Origin: an uncultured Actinomycetota bacterium
GTDB taxonomy: Bacteria > Actinomycetota > Actinomycetes > Streptosporangiales > Streptosporangiaceae
Length of the DNA: 64,000 bases
Direction: 5' to 3'
Assembly (NCBI GenBank): GCA_963822615.1
Contig: CAWGIM010000018.1
Span: 147 to 64,146 of the forward strand
Below, piece by piece: positions 51,362 to 59,893 of the stretch. Positions within the stretch are counted from its first letter, which is position 1. Every line of letters starts with the position of its first letter. The notes beneath the pieces were generated by a model. It had not been told where the DNA came from and searched no databases. It worked only from the letters and a program-made list of their open reading frames with translations. Made by a program: the position numbers and the translations under genes.

Positions 51362-51652
51362 TCAGGTGCGGGCCGGCTGCGAGCGGTCGATCGAGAGATA
51401 CCAGTAGCCGCCCGCCACGTCAGCCGCCGCGATCGCCAGGAAGAAGGCGGCCCACCCGTACACGCCGTACCCGAGGCAGATGAGCCCAGGGACGGCCGCG
51501 ACGGCGCCGCCGGCGACCCGGGCGATTCCGCAGCCGCGCAGGTGACGGAACTCCCACGGGTTGATCAGGCGCTGCATGCCTTGCCGGGGCGGGGTCGACC
51601 ACCACCCGCGAAGGCCCTTCGGATTTCTTTTGTTGTCGCTGGCTGCGTTCAT
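51362..51652 (-). CDS. Small membrane protein (96 aa)
   Basis: ATG after GGAGG; two TM segments; resembles 45577..45768. Confidence 0.65.
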   Translation of the reverse strand: MNAASDNKRNPKGLRGWWSTPPRQGMQRLINPWEFRHLRGCGIARVAGGAVAAVPGLICLGYGVYGWAAFFLAIAAADVAGGYWYLSIDRSQPART

Positions 51653-51918
51653 CGGGATGCCTCCTGTCGGCTGGTGTCACGCACCCCGTCCGTACTAATA
51701 AAGTGATATCACTTTGATAGTACGTCGTCAACGCTGGAGTCCTGCTCGGCCAGCGTCGGGACCTCACGGGCTGCGTTGTGCGCACCTCGTGATGTGATAA
51801 TTCGATGCTGGGGCCCGGTATCCACCGTAGGCGGCCCGTGCCTGCCTGGCTGCGCAAAGGTCCGAGTGTCAGTCCCCGCCGCTAGGGTGCCTGCGAAACG
51901 GCACGGCAGGAGGACGAA

Positions 51919-52548
51919 ATGGGCTTCTGGGGCACGTACATCGTGGCACGGGCAGCGAACCCGTTGACTGAGTTGGCCGCGCTTCGGCCGTCGATGAGCG
52001 GCATCTCATGGCATGGCCGAGGAGCCGACGGATGGCAGGCCGTCCAGGTGCACCGCGGACCCGACGGCTGGGATTCCTCGGACCTGCCCGCAGCGTGGGA
52101 GGCGACGTTGCAGGCGCTCATGGAGCAGACCGGAAGCCCTGTCCTCGCCGCCGCTGTGCTCGACAGCGACGGTGCCCAGCTCATCGGATACAGTCCCCAG
52201 AAGGGCCGCTGGGGAGGCTGGCTCATGATGGACAGCATCATCGGGCACATCGACTCCGGGGGCTGGCGATACACCTACTGGGATGACAACGACGAGCCCT
52301 ACGGCGAGGATGACGAGACCTACCTGCCCCGCCACCAGGCCGTCGTGAACCGCCTGTCCACAGCCGCCGGGCCGCCCGGTCCGGCCGCCGCGCCCGCGGC
52401 CGTCGCCTGGGCGACTGCTGCTGGCCTGAAGCCGAACGCCACTACCGTGATATCCGTCCTCGGCAACGGGGGCATCTTCTGCGAGGACCTGTTCTTCGCA
52501 CTGCTCACCGCTCTTGGCGTGCCCGACCTGGCCAGCGCCGATGCCTAG
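51919..52548 (+). CDS. Hypothetical protein (209 aa)
   Basis: ATG after AGGAGG; globular, Trp-rich composition. Confidence 0.65.
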   Translation: MGFWGTYIVARAANPLTELAALRPSMSGISWHGRGADGWQAVQVHRGPDGWDSSDLPAAWEATLQALMEQTGSPVLAAAVLDSDGAQLIGYSPQKGRWGGWLMMDSIIGHIDSGGWRYTYWDDNDEPYGEDDETYLPRHQAVVNRLSTAAGPPGPAAAPAAVAWATAAGLKPNATTVISVLGNGGIFCEDLFFALLTALGVPDLASADA

Positions 52549-52670
52549 CGCGCGGCGGCGTCCGTGACTTTCCGGTTTTTGTCGTTGATCCGGCAGATGA
52601 TCCGATAGGTACCGCGCCGTGCGCTGAACCGATCATCCATCGGCGGGAGAAGCCGCTTGCCAACCCGCTG
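52545..52670 (-). pseudogene. RelE/ParE toxin remnant (C-terminal part)
   Basis: 'RVGKRLLPPMDDRFSARRGTYRIICRINDKNRKV' matches the actinobacterial RelE pattern GK.L......SARRG.YR..Y.I. Confidence 0.65.
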
Positions 52671-52793
52671 ACAGGCCTTTACAGCGCACGGCTTGGCACG
52701 CAATGGCGTGTCGTCTACCGGATCGACGAATCCAAGCACACCGTGCTAGTGGAAGACATCCAACATCGCTCGACTGCTTATCGGCGTCGGTAA
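52671..52793 (+). pseudogene. Second RelE/ParE toxin remnant (C-terminal part)
   Basis: Frame reads 'TGLYSARLGTQWRVVYRIDESKHTVLVEDIQHRSTAYRRR*'. No in-frame start nearby. Confidence 0.65.
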
Positions 52794-52829
52794 GAACCTG
52801 GTCGAGCACGCCGCATTTACCAGGAAAGC

Positions 52830-52950
52830 CGGAAAGGCGCGCGTGCCCAGCACCACGTGGACACCCGAGAGCTAGCCGCATGGCTCGCGGTGGCCGTCGA
52901 CGACCGACGCGGGCATATGGGTGCTGGGCGCAACAACGATGCGGGGATTG
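52830..52950 (+). pseudogene. Tyrosine integrase core fragment, frameshifted
   Basis: Pieced across frames: 'PSTTWTPE / ELAAWLAVAVDDR / AGIWVLGATT / MRG', which resembles the region before the first catalytic Arg. Confidence 0.5.
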
Positions 52951-53542
52951 ACCCGAAGATCGTGACCGACCGGAGGTGACCGCCACTACATCCGTAGTCT
53001 CGTGCCGGGCGTCCGGTGAGTCCACCAGAATCCGGTCGCGCCGGTCAGGGTCTCCTGGCTGTCCGGCAGGGGTGCCCGAAATCGGGCGCTGTCCCGATGA
53101 TTTGTGAGACGACTGTGAGAGATCCGGCCCTGCCTCACGCTCTCCCGACCTTGCGTGGAGACTGCTGGCTGGTCGCGCCATCATGGTGCCATGGCTAATT
53201 CATCGGTACCGGGCCGAGATACACCGCTCGGTACCGGACATCGACGGGTTTACCGCAGCGCGCCCGGCGCCCCCTCGCCCGCCGACTGGAGCGCCGGGTT
53301 CGGCCAGCTCGCCCGCAAGGTATACACCGGCCTGCGTGATGGCGGCCTGGACCCGGAGGCGGCTGTGTGGTGGTGCAACGGCGGCGGCAGCGGGCACGTC
53401 ATCGCCCCTGTCGGGCACTGGATCGGTTGTGCGGTGGTGAAAGGCCGCGCGGCCGGTTGACAAGCCTTGTCATCACCGTTCCGGGGGAGACCGTGAGTCC
53501 CCCTGAGTAGCGGGTTCATGGACGCTAATGGCACGGCTGGCA

Positions 53543-53851
53543 TCAGTACAGCTCGACCTCCCACGGCTCCAGGTCAGGCTGTCCGGGCGGCAACCTTCTG
53601 GTGCAGTACCTGTAGAGCCAGGTGGCGGCTCGCGCTTCCGCGTGCTTCTCGTTAACCGGCTGGCCGTCATCGTCGAGCTCCAGGACGTTCACGAAGACCG
53701 CGAAGCAGATCTCCATCTGACTCGGGGAGTCCTTGAGTTCGTCCCAGTAATTGATGCTCTCTAGCATTGGGTGCCCGACAGACCCCCTTGCGACCCAGCC
53801 AGCAAACCGGCGGACCGCCCCCGACGCGCCGTGGCTGATCTTGTGCGTCAT
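53543..53851 (-). CDS. Hypothetical protein (102 aa)
   Basis: Coherent ORF from ATG 53851. The upstream part of the 53543..54232 track ORF is antisense of the integrase fragment. Confidence 0.55.
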   Translation of the reverse strand: MTHKISHGASGAVRRFAGWVARGSVGHPMLESINYWDELKDSPSQMEICFAVFVNVLELDDDGQPVNEKHAEARAATWLYRYCTRRLPPGQPDLEPWEVELY

Positions 53852-54112
53852 GAGACGACAATAGTCGCGGGCCGCCTGCCCGATCAGCCCGTCACCAGCG
53901 GCCCGCCCGCTGCCTCGATGGCAAGCCGGCCCGGAGCGCAGGACACGCAGCGTCTGAGCACTGGAAGCGGTGCCGCAGCACTGCTCTTGTCGCATTCCGG
54001 AGGGTCGCTTCAAGCGCCCGGCGCGGCCTGCTGCCCGGTTTGGACGTCGCCAGTGATTCGTCCTTCGGCGCTGGGCGGGTGCCAGAAGATGGTGGGGTGG
54101 CGGCCGTAGTAG

Positions 54113-54358
54113 AAGCTGCCCGAAACCGCGGGCCTGCCGGAAATCGGCCTGCACGACGTGCGGCACAGCTACGCGACCGCGGGCCGCGACGCCAAGATCG
54201 ACTGGAAAGGGCTGTCCAAGCGGATCGGTCACGCCGACGTGGCGTTCACCATGAGGCAGTGCGTCCAGACCGACTTGGAAGCCGACCGGCAGGTTGCCAA
54301 CACCCTGGCCGAGCTGATCATCGGCGGTGCGCTGGCTTCTACGCTGCCCGGCGGGTGA
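54113..54358 (+). pseudogene. Tyrosine integrase C-terminal fragment
   Basis: 'LPEIGLHDVRHSYAT...LSKRIGHADVAFTMRQCV' has HxxR and the second His; Cys stands where the catalytic Tyr is expected. In-frame stop immediately upstream. Confidence 0.8.
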
Positions 54359-54364
54359 ACCTGA

Positions 54365-54384
54365 CGTTTACAAATCCGTTTACA
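54365..54384. repeat. CGTTTACA direct repeat, possible integrase arm-type sites
   Basis: CGTTTACA at 54365 and 54377, between the integrase remnant and the tRNA 3' end. Confidence 0.4.
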
Positions 54385-54395
54385 GGCATAAGCAA

Positions 54396-54426
54396 AGGCC
54401 CGGCTCTCTGTTCGAGAACCGGGCCT
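54396..54426. terminator. Hairpin immediately 3' of tRNA-Met
   Basis: AGGCCCGG (54396-54403) pairs with CCGGGCCT (54419-54426); followed by TT on the tRNA strand. Confidence 0.55.
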
Positions 54427-54431
54427 GGCCT

Positions 54432-54508
54432 TGGTAGCGGGGGTAGGATTTGAACCTACGACCTCTGGGTTATGAGCCCAGCGAGCTACCGAACTGCTCC
54501 ACCCCGCG
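54432..54508 (-). tRNA. Initiator tRNA-fMet (CAT)
   Basis: Reverse complement CGCGGGGTGGAGCAGTTCGGTAGCTCGCTGGGCTCATAACCCAGAGGTCGTAGGTTCAAATCCTACCCCCGCTACCA. C1 is unpaired, the anticodon stem has three G-C pairs, and CCA is encoded. Confidence 0.97.
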
Positions 54509-54519
54509 GCGATGTCATT

Positions 54520-54548
54520 ACTCTATGAACTCCGGGCGGCAGAAGCAA
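54520..54548 (-). promoter_or_regulatory. Housekeeping-sigma promoter for tRNA-fMet
   Basis: Minus strand TTGCTT (54548-54543), N17, TAGAGT (54525-54520), 11 nt before the tRNA 5' end. Confidence 0.65.
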
Positions 54549-54570
54549 ATCGGCGGCCGGCCCGCCCGTT

Positions 54571-55179
54571 TTGGGCTTCACTAGCGGGGTGGAACTCTTC
54601 ATCAGCTGGCACACCTGGGAGCAGGCCGAGCCCGGGCTGCGCCGCCTGCTGCCCGCCCCGGCCTTCGCGGATGTGGCCCGGGCGGTCGCGTTCGCGCTGC
54701 GGTATCACGGCGACCAGCGGCGGCCGACCGGGGTGCCCTACGCCGAGCACCTGCTCGAGGCACTGGAATTCCTGGTCCTGGGGGCCGGGGTGCGCGATAC
54801 CGAGGTGCTGTGCGCGGCGGTGCTGCACGACGTGGTGGAGGACACCCCGTGCACCATCGAGGACGTGCGGGCGGCCTTCGGCGCGCGGGTGGCGGAGCTG
54901 GTGGGCTGGGTGACCAAGCCGGACCCGGTCGAGGGCGAGGACAAGCGGGCGGCCAAGGAGGCGTACCTGGAGGCGCTGGCGGGCGCGCCGGACGACGCGA
55001 TCCTGGTGAAGCTGGCCGACCGCGGCTCCAACGTGCAGACGCTGCGCAACCTGGCCCTGCCGCGGCAGCGCGCCTACTACGCGCAGACCGTCCGCTACAT
55101 CATGCCGCTGGCGGCGTCACGGGGCTGGTGGGCTCTCTGGTATGCGAGCTGGCAGGAAGCCCACCGAGATCTCGCCTAG
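54571..55179 (+). CDS. Stand-alone RelA/SpoT-type HD domain protein (small alarmone hydrolase-like)
   Basis: 'H.DQRR..G.PY..H', 'AAVLHDVVEDT', 'FG..VA.LV..VTK' and 'LVKLADR..N'. Confidence 0.8.
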   Translation: MGFTSGVELFISWHTWEQAEPGLRRLLPAPAFADVARAVAFALRYHGDQRRPTGVPYAEHLLEALEFLVLGAGVRDTEVLCAAVLHDVVEDTPCTIEDVRAAFGARVAELVGWVTKPDPVEGEDKRAAKEAYLEALAGAPDDAILVKLADRGSNVQTLRNLALPRQRAYYAQTVRYIMPLAASRGWWALWYASWQEAHRDLA

Positions 55180-56328
55180 CTCTTCCTCTTCCGCCGCCTG
55201 GCGGCCGGCCTGGACGGCGAACACCCAGATGGCCAGCGCGGCCGGGTAGATGAAGTAGCCCACCCGGGTCGACGGGGCCAGCACGAACATCAGCGTCATC
55301 GCCCCGGCCAGCAGGATCACCGCCCGCGGGACCGACCGCGGCGGCTTGAAGACGAGCGAGAGCGCCACCGCGAGGCCGGCCGCCGCCAGCAGCGCGACCA
55401 CGACCGTGTGCCCGGTGTGCGGCCAGGCGTGCGCGATGAGGTACCCGGGCAGCGGGCTCCGGGCGGCCGAGATCACGCTGGTCAGCCCGAGCGGGAACTT
55501 GATCGTGTTGATCACCAGCGCCCGCGGGTGGGTGGCCAGGAACGGGCCGACGCACACCGCCATCACGCCCAGCGCGGCCAGTGCGAACCGCAGCACCGCG
55601 CGCCTGCTCTCGGTCACCGCCAGCAGCACCACCGCGACCAGCAGGGCCGGCCAGGCGGTGGCCTTCATCGAAGCGCCGATGCCGAGCGCCAGGCCGGCCA
55701 GCACCGGCTTGCTCGCCCACAGGTAGGCGAAGCCGAGGCAGAGGAACGCCACCATCGGCACGTCGGTGCCGCCGACGGCCAGCTCGAACGCGATCACCGG
55801 GGTCGCCGCGACCAGGACCGTCCAGCGCCACGGGTCACGGGCCCCGCCGTTGCGCAGGGCCAGCCAGAACACCAGCAGGAAGACCACGCCGAACCAGACC
55901 CGGGGGTCGGTCAGCAGGCCCAGGTCGAACAGCGCCCGGGGCACCCCGAACAGCGCCATCACCGGCAGGTAGGGGTTGTAGGCGTTGGGGTCGGTCGCGC
56001 CCGCCAGCGCCGCCGGGTCGGCGTAGGGCGTGCCCTGGTGCAGCAGCGTCATGCCGGACCTGGCCACCACCCACACCTCGGGCTGCCACAGGCTCCTGGC
56101 CGCGAGCGTGCCGAGCGGTACCACCAGGCCGCCCGCGAACGCCAGCCCGAGCGCTAGGTCCGCGCTGCGCGAGTGCCTGACCAGGAGCACGACGGCGAGC
56201 GCGAGGCCGTAGCCGACCGCCGCCATCTCCCCCCAGAGCTGGTGCACGTGGTCAACGCTGATGACCGCGACCAGGATCGCCCAGATCGCGGAAACCGCAA
56301 AGATGCCGGCTAGCCAGCGGCGACGCAT
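55117..56328 (-). CDS. Glycosyltransferase family 87-like membrane protein
   Basis: Multi-TM; 'TPY......YNPYLP.M..FG.P', 'GGTDVP' and 'G...KATAWP'. Confidence 0.7.
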   Translation of the reverse strand: MRRRWLAGIFAVSAIWAILVAVISVDHVHQLWGEMAAVGYGLALAVVLLVRHSRSADLALGLAFAGGLVVPLGTLAARSLWQPEVWVVARSGMTLLHQGTPYADPAALAGATDPNAYNPYLPVMALFGVPRALFDLGLLTDPRVWFGVVFLLVFWLALRNGGARDPWRWTVLVAATPVIAFELAVGGTDVPMVAFLCLGFAYLWASKPVLAGLALGIGASMKATAWPALLVAVVLLAVTESRRAVLRFALAALGVMAVCVGPFLATHPRALVINTIKFPLGLTSVISAARSPLPGYLIAHAWPHTGHTVVVALLAAAGLAVALSLVFKPPRSVPRAVILLAGAMTLMFVLAPSTRVGYFIYPAALAIWVFAVQAGRQAAEEEELGEISVGFLPARIPESPPAP

Positions 56329-56488
56329 GGCAGCCGGTGACTCGAAACCGGCGCCAGGCCGTACGCCACCCATATAGCGGCATAGTACCGGCTGGTCCAG
56401 AGCGGCCGGCGGCCGCTCACGGTAACAAACGGGACATGAGTCCGGTAAGAGCAGGCTGTGACCAGGGTGGCGCTGGCGGTTGGCCCGG

Positions 56489-57673
56489 TTACGGGGTGGC
56501 AGTGGCCCGGCGGGCGGTCCAGCCGATCATCCAGTCCCGGCCGAGCCGCCACCACAGGTAGAGGCCGAGCGCGAGGTAGGCCAGCGGGGCGATGCCGACC
56601 GCGGTCGCGATGCCGGCCACCAGCATCCGGCCCTCCCAGCCGAAGCCGCGCCGGTCGACGCCGGCCGACAGCCCGCCGCGCACCCGGTAGGCCAGGTCCA
56701 GGTGCCTGAGCCCGGTCGACGCGACCACCGCGAACGTCAGCGGCGGCCAGACGTGCCCGGCGAACCCGAGCTCGGCCAGGAACACGTACTCGGCCGCCTG
56801 CAGCAGCGGCGGCACCAGCCAGTCGTGGCGCCCGTCGTGCGGGTGCCAGGACGCGAACGCGGCCAGCAGCATCGCCTCGGCCGGGGTGAGCAGCAGGATG
56901 CCGGGCAGGTTGCCCAGGCCGAGGATGGTCAGCACGGCGGTGACCAGCAGCCCGACGAACAGCGGCGGCAGCGGCGCGATGCGGCCGTCCACCCAGTGGC
57001 CGATCCATACCGCGATCCGGCCGTCGCCCCGGTAGCCGCGCAGCTCGCCGCGGTCCGGTACCCGCGCGCCGTCGGCTACCGCCGCCCACAGCACCGCTAC
57101 CGCGAGGACGAACACCAGCAGGAACGCGGTCCGGGCGCCGAACAGCAGCACGGCCAGGCAGGCGAGCGGCAGCCGGATGTCGCCCGGCGGCCCGAACAGG
57201 CGCAGCCGGCGGCCGGGCAGCGCGGGCCCGTGCACGCACAGGTCGACCATGGCCGCCAGCGCCGCGAAGATCACCGCGACGACCGCCAGGTGCCACACCC
57301 CGGCGCTGCCCCGGCCGCCGAAGCTGGGCAGGAAGGTGCCGTTCAGCCAGCCGGACATGACCCCGGGGGCCGGGTTGGCGTGCAGGCTGCCCGCGGTGGC
57401 GATCCCCGCGTAGACGAGGAAATCGGCCAGCAGGCCGCTGGCCGCCAGCCCCCACTCGACCGGGGCGGTGGCCCGCAGCCCGGCCAGCAGCCGGGCGACG
57501 TGACCGCAGACGAACACCGCCAGCGCCGCGATCAGCGCGATGACCTCCCCGTGGACCGATGCCACGGTCAGCCACAGCCCCGCGATCAGCGCGAAGCCGA
57601 CCGAGATGCGCGATAGCGTGAGCGGGGAAAGCCGGAACAGGACCGACTGGCGAGCGCTCAGGTGGCCGGCCAT
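56489..57673 (-). CDS. DUF5941-type membrane protein with CDP-alcohol phosphotransferase-like N-terminus
   Basis: 'DG..DWLVPPLLQAAEY', 'H.D..YR' and 'GWEGRML'. Confidence 0.6.
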   Translation of the reverse strand: MAGHLSARQSVLFRLSPLTLSRISVGFALIAGLWLTVASVHGEVIALIAALAVFVCGHVARLLAGLRATAPVEWGLAASGLLADFLVYAGIATAGSLHANPAPGVMSGWLNGTFLPSFGGRGSAGVWHLAVVAVIFAALAAMVDLCVHGPALPGRRLRLFGPPGDIRLPLACLAVLLFGARTAFLLVFVLAVAVLWAAVADGARVPDRGELRGYRGDGRIAVWIGHWVDGRIAPLPPLFVGLLVTAVLTILGLGNLPGILLLTPAEAMLLAAFASWHPHDGRHDWLVPPLLQAAEYVFLAELGFAGHVWPPLTFAVVASTGLRHLDLAYRVRGGLSAGVDRRGFGWEGRMLVAGIATAVGIAPLAYLALGLYLWWRLGRDWMIGWTARRATATP

Positions 57674-57742
57674 GATTTCAGGGTAGCCCGGGACCGGAGG
57701 TTCCTTCGAGGAACCACGCTTGTGTGGGTAAAGTCCGCAGGT

Positions 57743-58441
57743 GTGACATTGGATCGCATCGTGGCCGTTGTCCTCGGCGGGGGCACCGGCACCCGGTTCG
57801 GCGCCGACCGCCCCAAGCAGCTGCTCACCCTGCGCGGCCGGACCCTGGTGGAGCACTGCGTGGCGGCGTTCGCCGAGGTGGACGAGGTGGACGAGGTTCT
57901 GCTGGTCATGCCGCCCGGCTACCACGAGGAGGCCCGCCGCCTGGTGGGCGGCGCGGTCAGCGGGATCATCGCGGGCGGGGTAACCCGCTCGGACTCGGTC
58001 CGCGCCGCGCTGGCGCACATCGGCGCCCGGCACGCCCCGGAGTCGACCGGGGTCCTCATCCACGACGCCGCCCGGCCCCTGGTCAGCAGGCGGATCATCG
58101 CCGACTGCGTCGCCGCGCTGGCCGGGGACGACGCGATCGGGGTGGCGGTCCCGTCGTCGGACACGATCCTCGCGGTCGCGGACGGGGTGGTCGCCCACGT
58201 GCCGCCGCGGGAGACCCTGTACCGGGCGCAGACCCCGCAGGGGTTCCGGCTGTCGGTGATCGCCGAGGCGCACCGGCTGGCGGCGGCCGACCCGCGGTTC
58301 ACCCCGACCGATGACTGCAGCGTGGTACTGCGCTACCTGCCCGGGCTGCCGGTCCGCGTCGTCCCCGGCAGCGAGAGCAACATCAAGGTCACCTACCCGG
58401 GCGACCTCGCGCTGGCCGAGGTGCTGCTCAGCCAGCTTTAG
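57743..58441 (+). CDS. IspD/TarI family cytidylyltransferase
   Basis: 'LGGG.GTRFG...PKQ', 'GG.TR.DSV', 'IHDAARP', 'QTPQGF', 'TDDCS' and 'NIKVTYP.DL'. IspD versus TarI role is not resolvable. Confidence 0.85.
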   Translation: MTLDRIVAVVLGGGTGTRFGADRPKQLLTLRGRTLVEHCVAAFAEVDEVDEVLLVMPPGYHEEARRLVGGAVSGIIAGGVTRSDSVRAALAHIGARHAPESTGVLIHDAARPLVSRRIIADCVAALAGDDAIGVAVPSSDTILAVADGVVAHVPPRETLYRAQTPQGFRLSVIAEAHRLAAADPRFTPTDDCSVVLRYLPGLPVRVVPGSESNIKVTYPGDLALAEVLLSQL

Positions 58442-58447
58442 GCCGGC

Positions 58448-59821
58448 CTACGCGCGCACCGCCTGCTTGATCAGGGTGCGGCCGAAGTCCCACATCAGCC
58501 CGCTGCCCCTGGACGCGTCCTCCAGGACGTCGGCCAGGCCGTCGAGGAACAGCTTCACCTCGGTGTCGCCGATCATCAGCGGCGGGATCAGCTTGATGAC
58601 CTCCATGTGGTCACCGGAGACCTGGGTCAGGATGCGGTGCCGCTGGAACATCGACACCACCACCATCTGCGCGAACAGCCCGACCCGCGCCTTCTGCAGC
58701 ATGGCCCAGCCCGCCTTGGCCTTCAGCCCGGACGGCCGCCCGAACTCGATCCCGATGATCAGGCCCTTGCCGCGCACGTCCTTGATCAGGTCGTACTTGG
58801 CGGCCAGGCCCTCCATGCCGCGCATCAGCTCGGCCCCGCGCCGCTCGGCGTTCTCCACCAGCCCCTCGTCGTCGATGACGGCCAGCGCGGCCAGGCCGGC
58901 CGCCATCGCCAGCGAGCCGCCCTTGAAGGTGGTGGAGTGCACCATGAGCTTGTCCATCGACGAGTAGACCGAGGAGAAGATCTTGTCGGTGGTGAGCATC
59001 GCCCCGACCGGCACGTAGCCGCCGGACAGCGCCTTGGCCACGGTGACGATGTCGGGCTGCACGTCGTCGTACTGGTAGGAGAAGAAGCGGCCGGTACGTC
59101 CCAGCCCGACCTGCACCTCGTCGCAGATCAGCAGCGCCCCGTGGGAGTGCAGCAGCGCCTTGGCGGCAGGCAGGAACCCCGGCGGCGTCATCATCACCCC
59201 GTGCCCCTGGACCGGCTCCACGATCAGCGCCGCGACGCCGCCCTTGCGCAGCTCGGCCTCGAGCGCGGCCAGGTCGCCGAGCGGGATCTGGGTGTCCGGC
59301 AGCAGCGGGCCGAAGCCCTCCTTGAACTCCTCGGCCCCGTTGACCGACAGCGACCCGGTGGTCAGCCCGTGGAACCCGTGCCGGGCGTAGAGCACCCGGC
59401 CCCGGCCGGTGGCGTGCCGGGCGAACTTGAGCGCCGACTCGACCGCCTCGGCCCCGCTGTTGCAGAAGAAGACCCGCTCCATGCCCGGCGCCCGGGCCAC
59501 CAGCCGCTGCCCGAGCAGCCCCATCAGCGGCTGGCAGTCGAACTGGGTCCAGCCCGCGAGGTCGGCGTCAAGCGCGTCGGCGATCGCCTTCTTGATCACC
59601 GGGTGCGACCGCCCGGCGGCGAACACGCCGAAGCCGGACAGGAAGTCGGCGTAGGCGTTGCCCTCGGCGTCGTAGAGGTAGGCGCCCTCGCCGCGCACGT
59701 AGTCCTTGTCGAACCCGATCGTCCGCAGCGTTCGCGGGAGCTGCGGGTTCAGGTACCTGGAGTGCAGGTCGTAGCCCTGGCCGCGGACGGCCGCCAGCTC
59801 AGTGCCGAGATCGAATCCCAT
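58448..59821 (-). CDS. Class III PLP aminotransferase, HpnO-like
   Basis: 'H.RYLNPQL...LRTIGFD..Y.RG.G.YLYD....Y.DFLSGFGVF..GR.HP', 'DEVQ.GLGRTG' and 'AKALSGG'. Confidence 0.8.
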   Translation of the reverse strand: MGFDLGTELAAVRGQGYDLHSRYLNPQLPRTLRTIGFDKDYVRGEGAYLYDAEGNAYADFLSGFGVFAAGRSHPVIKKAIADALDADLAGWTQFDCQPLMGLLGQRLVARAPGMERVFFCNSGAEAVESALKFARHATGRGRVLYARHGFHGLTTGSLSVNGAEEFKEGFGPLLPDTQIPLGDLAALEAELRKGGVAALIVEPVQGHGVMMTPPGFLPAAKALLHSHGALLICDEVQVGLGRTGRFFSYQYDDVQPDIVTVAKALSGGYVPVGAMLTTDKIFSSVYSSMDKLMVHSTTFKGGSLAMAAGLAALAVIDDEGLVENAERRGAELMRGMEGLAAKYDLIKDVRGKGLIIGIEFGRPSGLKAKAGWAMLQKARVGLFAQMVVVSMFQRHRILTQVSGDHMEVIKLIPPLMIGDTEVKLFLDGLADVLEDASRGSGLMWDFGRTLIKQAVRA

Positions 59822-59893
59822 TGGCGCATACTAGCCGCGGATTCGGCACTGCTTCCGTCAGAAACCGACAGGCGCGTCAGGCTTAACAAGAGC

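Noticed and set aside
50954-51706. 250-aa + strand ORF and other short ORFs at 51000-51350 and 52950-53500
   Set aside because: No motifs and atypical codon use. Probably eroded sequence that cannot be assigned without a search.
53852-54232. N-terminal extension of the 53543..54232 ORF
   Set aside because: Partly the reverse complement of the integrase fragment (VAVPHVVQAD is the antisense of LHDVRHSYA). The real gene starts at 53851.
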